A stretch of 64,000 nt of DNA from assembly GCA_038279365.1 (NCBI GenBank), contig JAYODI010000001.1, positions 96,001 through 160,000 of the forward strand. Reading direction: 5' to 3'. Made by a program: the position numbers and the translations under genes. Shown one piece after another: positions 58,079 to 64,000 of the stretch. This DNA comes from Candidatus Latescibacterota bacterium (GTDB lineage Bacteria > Latescibacterota > UBA2968). Below the pieces are notes generated by a model. It had not been told where the DNA came from, did not search any database, and worked only from the letters and a program-made list of their open reading frames with translations. Position 1 is the stretch's first letter, and each line of letters starts with the position of its first letter.

Positions 58079-58837
58079 TTATTTGAAATGGGTTAAGTAA
58101 TCATTTTGCATATATGGGACAGATTCATAGCGGTTGAGTTGTGCGGCATGGGTGACATCTGTCTCAAACCCTTTGGCGACCAGTTCTCGGCCACTGGCAC
58201 AATTGACCAGTGTGGGAGTGAGTTGGTCTTTAAGGTGGAGAAACATGCCTTCAACGGCCATGGCTTCGGGCGATTTGTCACCTTCTAAGTAGGAAAGAAT
58301 GGCCCCAGCTCCAAGGTCATCTTCGAGAGCCCAGCGAAGTTCGCCATCGGCATTGGGTGCAATCCAGCGTTCACCACAGGATAAAAGTGTTATGGTGTGA
58401 TGGGTGGTTTTAAGCAAATGCGCCAGGGCTTTTGCGACAGCCTTGGCATTGATGAGGGTGCCAATGAACAGGTAGGGCACGTCACGTGCATAACGACTGC
58501 ATGTTGCGCCATTGGGAGATGCCAGCACCAAGCGCGTTTCGGGTTCTAAGTTAAGGTATGTGCGTGGCGAAAGTGAAAAACGTCCTTTTGTGGGCACATC
58601 CAAACGGCCAACAGCAGCTTCGGCGTGTATGCTTTTGGCAAAGGCAATGGGGTCTTCGTCTTTGGCACAAGGAAAGACGATGCCACCGTGGTGCACGGCA
58701 GTGATGGCGGCAGTGGAAAAACTGAGGGTGTCGATGACAACAAGGATGTGTTTGCCAATGGCCGTTTCTTTGGCACCTTGGTGACCACGTGCCAAACGAA
58801 TACGGTGGGGGGCTTGCGAGTAAATTTCGGATGGCAT
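58079..58837 (-). CDS. comB: 2-phosphosulfolactate phosphatase family protein
   Basis: 'VIDTLSFSTA', 'SLSP', 'SPNGA', 'LEDDLGAG', 'ASGREL'. Confidence 0.8.
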   Translation of the reverse strand: MPSEIYSQAPHRIRLARGHQGAKETAIGKHILVVIDTLSFSTAAITAVHHGGIVFPCAKDEDPIAFAKSIHAEAAVGRLDVPTKGRFSLSPRTYLNLEPETRLVLASPNGATCSRYARDVPYLFIGTLINAKAVAKALAHLLKTTHHTITLLSCGERWIAPNADGELRWALEDDLGAGAILSYLEGDKSPEAMAVEGMFLHLKDQLTPTLVNCASGRELVAKGFETDVTHAAQLNRYESVPYMQNDYLTHFK

Positions 58838-58923
58838 TTTATTGGGCCTTTGAAAATCGTTTGGTCAAGTTTGGGCTTGGATATGCCATTGGGGGGTGTA
58901 GCGATTGGCAAAATGAAGACTAA

Positions 58924-59090
58924 GAAGCTGTTTTAAAATGTCGCTTTTAGGCCCAAGCACGAGCGAAATGGTCGTGAGCAAGGCGTGTGATGGAGGCCCA
59001 TCTATTAATGATAGATGCGGTGATTAAGCCCAACGCTGCATACGGCCATTGCAGCCGCCCGACGCCAAAGTAGAGGTTTTAAACAGCTTC
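58924..59090. mobile_element. Putative MITE (non-autonomous, IS5-like ends)
   Basis: Terminal inverted repeats GAAGCTGTTTTAAAA / TTTTAAACAGCTTC, flanked on both sides by TAA; 167 bp, no ORF. Confidence 0.65.
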
Positions 59091-59113
59091 TAAGGGGTGA
59101 TTGCCATTGGGGG

Positions 59114-59680
59114 TTATGTGTCGCAATCCTTGCGAGGCACTATTTCCATTCGACCTTCATTCGGTTTGATTTGGCCGAAATTCTTGAGGTAAAATTCTTG
59201 GCGTGAGAGTTTGGATTGATCGCGTTTGTTATAGAGTTCTTTGCGTGTATTGACGGCGTTGTCAAATGGCCAAGGTGTGTCGTGCCACCACACAACGCTG
59301 CCTCCAATGCCATTAAGCGCATCGGTAATGCGTTGGGCATGGTCGGCTAAGAGTTTTTGATTGAGGGCTTCTTCACGCGTGAAATAGCCAATATCGACCA
59401 CTTCACTGGCTTGGGGGGTGAGAGCACCTGAAATGGGTTTGGCGGCAAAGAGAATGTTGTGAATGGCTTGTTGGCCCCTTGAGCGACCATAAATGCCTAC
59501 AAGAGAAGTGAGCTCAATGGTGAGCCCTGTCTCTTCTTTGGCTTCGCGTATGGCGGCTTGTGGAATGGATTCACCCATTTCTACAGCTCCACCAGGCAAA
59601 CACCACACTTCAAAATCTTCGCGTTTGGTGAGTAGAATTTTGTTTTCTTTGATGATTGCGACACTGGTACCAAATGGCAT
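59114..59680 (-). CDS. NUDIX hydrolase
   Basis: Nudix box 'GGAVEMGESIPQAAIREAKEETGL'. Confidence 0.92.
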   Translation of the reverse strand: MPFGTSVAIIKENKILLTKREDFEVWCLPGGAVEMGESIPQAAIREAKEETGLTIELTSLVGIYGRSRGQQAIHNILFAAKPISGALTPQASEVVDIGYFTREEALNQKLLADHAQRITDALNGIGGSVVWWHDTPWPFDNAVNTRKELYNKRDQSKLSRQEFYLKNFGQIKPNEGRMEIVPRKDCDT

Positions 59681-59757
59681 AGTAGCTCCCGAACAAAACA
59701 AATTCCCATTTGTTTATATGAAATGGGAATTTATCAATTTATAGCTATATTCACAAG

Positions 59758-61140
59758 CTATTTGGCCAAAAAGTGTGCATCTTGCTCTCTTCGCAGTGTC
59801 CAAACAACATTGTCTGTGGGTTCTTTAATATGGCTTACTTTTAACATCTCACCTTTGGCAACATCTTGTGTGAGGGTGTTGCCATTGGCCAAGTGGAAGG
59901 GAATGGGGTTGTTGGCATCAATGGGTTTTGATGGATGCATGAGATATTCAACATTTTTGCTGTGGTCGGTACCTATTTGATCCCCTGCTTTGAGGTTTTC
60001 TTTGGCACGAGCAACAATGTCGTAATGGGGGTGGTAGTGGATGGCTGCTGTGGGTTGGTTGAGCAAACCTGCGACCAATGTGGTGATGGGGGTTTCAACG
60101 CCACACAAATGATAAGGTCGAAAGATGAGTGCGGTGCTTTCTTTTTCGTTGGAAATAAGTCCTTTGGTTGTGAGTATGTGCCGAGAGTAGTCATTGTCAC
60201 AAGACACAACAACAAAGACACCGCCTCCCAAACCTGCTTCATAAGGACGACGCAGACAGGATACGCTGTCTATGACACCGCGATGAGATAAGATGCCACC
60301 GTCTTCTTTGGGGGCCAGCACTTGTGGTATTTCAGGTATGCTCACAATGGGGGCGTGTAAGGTTTCTATGTCGGGTTTTAAACCTGTGGCATTTGCCGCA
60401 ATGGCCATTTCGGTAAGGTCAAAACCTGCAATGGCCCCCAAGTCACCGACCACTTCACGGCGTTTGGAAACAAGCTGAGAGGCGCGTTCGGGTGTTTTGG
60501 CACTGAATAAGTCTTGATGTTCTGCCGAAAGCTGTAAGGTGTTTCGCCCCCAACGTATGAGGTGTGTGTCGGGGTCATAAATGTGATCGGATTCGAGGGC
60601 TTTGCCACCTGAAAGGACTTCAAGGCCCAAGTCGCGTGCCCATTGAACCAATGCAATCAACAACCCGTGTTGGTCGCCATCTACGGCACTGTAGGTTAAG
60701 CCTGCTTGAGCGGCATGATATTTGAGAATGGGGCCTACCAAAACGTCCGTTTCTTTAGAAACCATGGCCACGTGTTTGCCGTGACGAATGGATTCAAGTG
60801 CATGTTTGGCACCGGCGTTGGGGTTGCCCGTTGATTCGACAATGACGTCGAGCGGCAACCCCATCATGAGCATCGCATCGGTGAGAATGACATGCTTGCC
60901 ATTTTTTATGGCATCCAATGCTTGTTGGGTGGTATCACAAATAGCGGTTTTGTCTGAATCTAATCCAGCCTGATCATAAGCTTTTTGTGCGGCATCGGGG
61001 TTGACATCGCATACAACGGGTACGTTGAGTTGGTGGATGACTTGCGACTGGGTGATGATGGCGGTGGCAAAGTGACCGGTACCAATAACACCCACACGTA
61101 CGGTGCGATCAATTTGAGAAAAGAGCTGGTGGTAGATCAT
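59758..61140 (-). CDS. Homoserine dehydrogenase-like NAD(P)-dependent oxidoreductase with C-terminal SAF domain
   Basis: 'GVIGTGHF', 'VESTG', 'DGDQHG', 'ANATGL', 'RPYHLCG', SAF-like tail. Confidence 0.82.
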   Translation of the reverse strand: MIYHQLFSQIDRTVRVGVIGTGHFATAIITQSQVIHQLNVPVVCDVNPDAAQKAYDQAGLDSDKTAICDTTQQALDAIKNGKHVILTDAMLMMGLPLDVIVESTGNPNAGAKHALESIRHGKHVAMVSKETDVLVGPILKYHAAQAGLTYSAVDGDQHGLLIALVQWARDLGLEVLSGGKALESDHIYDPDTHLIRWGRNTLQLSAEHQDLFSAKTPERASQLVSKRREVVGDLGAIAGFDLTEMAIAANATGLKPDIETLHAPIVSIPEIPQVLAPKEDGGILSHRGVIDSVSCLRRPYEAGLGGGVFVVVSCDNDYSRHILTTKGLISNEKESTALIFRPYHLCGVETPITTLVAGLLNQPTAAIHYHPHYDIVARAKENLKAGDQIGTDHSKNVEYLMHPSKPIDANNPIPFHLANGNTLTQDVAKGEMLKVSHIKEPTDNVVWTLRREQDAHFLAK

Positions 61141-61238
61141 AACAAACCTCGTAATATGTGGTGTGAAACGATTTGTCAAAACAAAAGACGCACGTTTTGG
61201 GGGAGAAGATGCGTCTTCGTCTTTATTATTGCTGTTGC

Positions 61239-61844
61239 TTAGATGATGTTGTGTTCTTCTAAGTAAGCAATGATTTTGATTGCAGCTTCTTGGGGGGTGT
61301 ATTCATCGGTTTTAATCACCAACTCGGGGTTTTCGGGTGCTTCATAAGGAGCAGAAATGCCTGTGAAGTCGGGTATTTCCCCTGCGCGCGCTTTTTTATA
61401 CAATCCCTTGGGGTCGCGTTCTTCGCACTTTTCTAAAGGGGTATCGACGAAGATTTCGACAAAGTCACCTTCTCCCATGAGTGCGCGCACACCATCGCGA
61501 TCTGCGCGATAGGGGCTTACAAAGCTGGATAGGGTGATGATACCTGCATCTGTAAAGAGCTTGCCCACTTCGCCAATACGTCGAATGTTTTCTGCGCGGT
61601 CTTCGGCCGAAAAACCGAGGTTTTTGTTGAGGCCATGACGAATATTGTCTCCATCGAGCACATAGGCCAAACGACCCTGGGCAATAAGCGCGTGTTCGAC
61701 AGTAAATGCAATGGTGCTTTTGCCAGATCCGGATAAACCTGTAAACCAAATATGTGCGCCTTTCTGCTTGAGCAATGCTTCGCGCTTTTTGCGGTCTACA
61801 TGACCTTCGTGCCACACGATGTTGGTGGCTTTTTCTTTTGCCAA
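61239..61844 (-). CDS. cysC: Adenylyl-sulfate kinase
   Basis: '[12 protein letters not shown]', '[11 protein letters not shown]', '[11 protein letters not shown]', 'FTGISAPYE'; TTG start after GAGGAGG. Confidence 0.95.
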   Translation of the reverse strand: MAKEKATNIVWHEGHVDRKKREALLKQKGAHIWFTGLSGSGKSTIAFTVEHALIAQGRLAYVLDGDNIRHGLNKNLGFSAEDRAENIRRIGEVGKLFTDAGIITLSSFVSPYRADRDGVRALMGEGDFVEIFVDTPLEKCEERDPKGLYKKARAGEIPDFTGISAPYEAPENPELVIKTDEYTPQEAAIKIIAYLEEHNII

Positions 61845-62143
61845 GAAGGGCCTCCTCTGGCGTTTTTTTCTTGAATGGTTGGTGGTCATCTACTTGAAAG
61901 CAAATCAAGATATTTGAATTTAAACACCTATTAAGATACCAAATTTCTGTATAAAAATGATCAACTTTACATTTTTTTGTTATAAATCATTGTTTTTTTA
62001 TTTTCTTATTACAGTCTTTTAAGAGGAGGTGAGCCAGGTGTCAGCTGCTGAAGCTTTTGGGCAGTGGCAAATGTGCTGGGGGCGAAATGAGATGGGTGTA
62101 TGAGATCGTTTTCGGGTGCCGTTTGTGGTGGTAATATGTGTGC

Positions 62144-62899
62144 TTATATCATCAAGTCTCCACCATTAATGTCGAGTGATGCACCCGTGATATAAGCCGC
62201 TTTGTCTGAACAAAGGAAGGCCACCAGGTCGGCCACTTCTTCGGGTTTGCCAAGGCGCGAAATGGGAAAGCTGTTGGCGTAGGCTTGTTGGCGATCTGGG
62301 GCTATGGTGTTGCGCACCATGTCGGTATCAATGAGGCCAGGGCATACGGCATTGACGGTGATGTTGTGTGTGGCCACTTCTTTGGCGAGGTGTCGCGTGA
62401 AGCCGAGAATACCTGCTTTGGCGGCGGTATAGTGTGCACCGCCCACAGTGCTGATGTTTTTGCCAGCTGTGGATGAAAAGTTGACGATGCGCCCCCAGTT
62501 GTTTTTTTGAAGTGTGGGCAATACGGCTTGTGAACAGAGAAAGGTGCCTTTGAGATTGACGTCGATTACGCGATCCCACTCATCTTCAGGGATGTCGATG
62601 ACTTTGGTGGGGTAGAGAATACCTGCATTGTTGATGAGGATGTGGAGGGTGCCAAAATGCCCCATTGTTTTTTGGATCATATGTTGGACATCGTTTTTTT
62701 GGGTGACATCGGCTGGTACAGCAATGGCGTTGAAACCTAATTTTTGGAGTTCTGATACGGTTTCTTCTGCGGCGTCTTTGTTGCGGTCGTTGATCGCTAT
62801 TTGGGCACCTTGCTGGGCAAGTGTGAAGGCAACGGCTTTGCCCATGCCTTGACCAGCGCCCGTGATAAGGGCGATTTTTTGTTCAAAAATAAAACTCAT
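62144..62899 (-). CDS. SDR family oxidoreductase (FabG-like)
   Basis: 'TGAGQGMG', 'NNAG', 'YTAAK', 'NAVCPG'. Confidence 0.92.
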   Translation of the reverse strand: MSFIFEQKIALITGAGQGMGKAVAFTLAQQGAQIAINDRNKDAAEETVSELQKLGFNAIAVPADVTQKNDVQHMIQKTMGHFGTLHILINNAGILYPTKVIDIPEDEWDRVIDVNLKGTFLCSQAVLPTLQKNNWGRIVNFSSTAGKNISTVGGAHYTAAKAGILGFTRHLAKEVATHNITVNAVCPGLIDTDMVRNTIAPDRQQAYANSFPISRLGKPEEVADLVAFLCSDKAAYITGASLDINGGDLMI

Positions 62900-62921
62900 G
62901 AGTCACTCTCAATTTAAAATG

Positions 62922-64000
62922 TTATATCACACCGACAGCTTTGCCAGTTTCTTCAAAAACGGCAATGGCTTTGTCGAGCTGGGTTTGTGTGTGTGCGGCT
63001 GAAATTTGTACGCGAATGCGAGCTTCTCCCTTGGGCACAACGGGATAACTGAATCCTACGGCGAAAATACCGCGTTCATTGATCATTTTGGCCATGGTGA
63101 CAGTGCGCTTTTCATCGCCCAACATAATGGGTACAATGGGGTGAATGCCCGCCTTAATTTGGAAGCCACGCAATGTCATCTGCTCGCGAAAGTAATGGGT
63201 GTTCGCAAAGAGTGTTTTGCGCAAGTGTGGATTTTGTTGTACCAGTTCGAGGGCTTTGATGGATGCGGCGGTAATGGGTGGTGCGAGGGTGTTGGAGAAG
63301 AGATATGGACGTGACCGTTGGCGTAGAAAATCGATGATTTCTTGCCGCCCTGTGGTAAAACCACCCGATGCGCCACCGAGTGCTTTGCCCAAGGTGCTGG
63401 TGAGGATGTCGATGCGGTCTAAAACGCCAAAGTGTTCGGGGGTGCCGCGTCCATTGGGGCCGAGAAACCCTGTGGCATGAGAATCGTCCACCATGACCAG
63501 TGCATCGTATTGTTCTGCAAGGTCACAAACTTTGTCGAGTGGCGCCAAATCACCATGCATGCTGAAGACACCATCTGTGGCAATCATGCGAAAACGCGTT
63601 GAAGTTGCTTTTTGGAGTTGGGTTTCAAGGTCGGCCATGTCATCGTATTTGTACACAAAACGTTGGGCTTTGCACAAGCGCACACCGTCAATAATGCTGG
63701 CGTGGTTGAGAGATGCGCTGATGATGGCATCTTCGGAGCTCAGCAAGGTCTCAAACAACCCGCCATTGGCATCAAAACAGGAAGAGTAGAGAATGGTGTC
63801 GTCTGTGCTCAAGAAGTCGGCAATTTTGCGCTCTAAGTTTTTGTGAAGCTGTTGGGTGCCACAGATGAAGCGTACTGAGGCCATACCGTAGCCATGTGTG
63901 TTGAGGGCATCGTGTGCGGCGGCGACAATATCTGGATGATTGGCAAGCCCAAGATAATTGTTGGCGCAAAAGTTGATGGTGTTGCCACTTGTTGTAGAAA
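62922..64000 (-). CDS. kbl: Glycine C-acetyltransferase (2-amino-3-ketobutyrate CoA ligase), 5'-truncated by the window edge
   Basis: '[10 protein letters not shown]', '[11 protein letters not shown]', '[11 protein letters not shown]', 'DDSHATG', 'TLGKALGG', '[10 protein letters not shown]'. Confidence 0.95.
   Translation of the reverse strand, partial: STTSGNTINFCANNYLGLANHPDIVAAAHDALNTHGYGMASVRFICGTQQLHKNLERKIADFLSTDDTILYSSCFDANGGLFETLLSSEDAIISASLNHASIIDGVRLCKAQRFVYKYDDMADLETQLQKATSTRFRMIATDGVFSMHGDLAPLDKVCDLAEQYDALVMVDDSHATGFLGPNGRGTPEHFGVLDRIDILTSTLGKALGGASGGFTTGRQEIIDFLRQRSRPYLFSNTLAPPITAASIKALELVQQNPHLRKTLFANTHYFREQMTLRGFQIKAGIHPIVPIMLGDEKRTVTMAKMINERGIFAVGFSYPVVPKGEARIRVQISAAHTQTQLDKAIAVFEETGKAVGVI

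Overview
Bacterial chromosomal window of roughly mid GC content, densely coding, with about 47 credible protein genes. Four PhyH dioxygenases, two Ldh_2 oxidoreductases, SDRs, a heparinase-like protein and a VWA/DUF4175-type operon suggest a heterotroph such as Latescibacterota, Poribacteria or PVC; this placement is a weak inference. Housekeeping content includes two cold-shock genes, glutamine synthetase III, tRNA-Val(GAC), ispH, an M16 peptidase pair, a lysine riboswitch with dapA-dapB, cysC and kbl. The most notable element is an 11.5-kb six-gene cluster (27460-38644): LCM-type methyltransferase, B12 radical SAM enzyme, single-module NRPS (starter C-A-T-TE, A-domain code DASTVAAVCK suggesting Tyr), GT1 glycosyltransferase, cNMP-patatin and a flippase-like membrane protein. 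It is bracketed by an identical 31-bp palindrome and is a candidate pathway for a modified, glycosylated N-acyl-tyrosine lipid. Other points of interest are duplicated csp leaders with a conserved terminator-like hairpin, a DUF4910-like peptidase fused to AAC(3), a 1439-aa M20 peptidase/HEAT protein, a sigma28-type promoter, a MITE with a TAA duplication, and octamer/heptamer repeat elements. All calls are from reading the sequence; no database searches were run.
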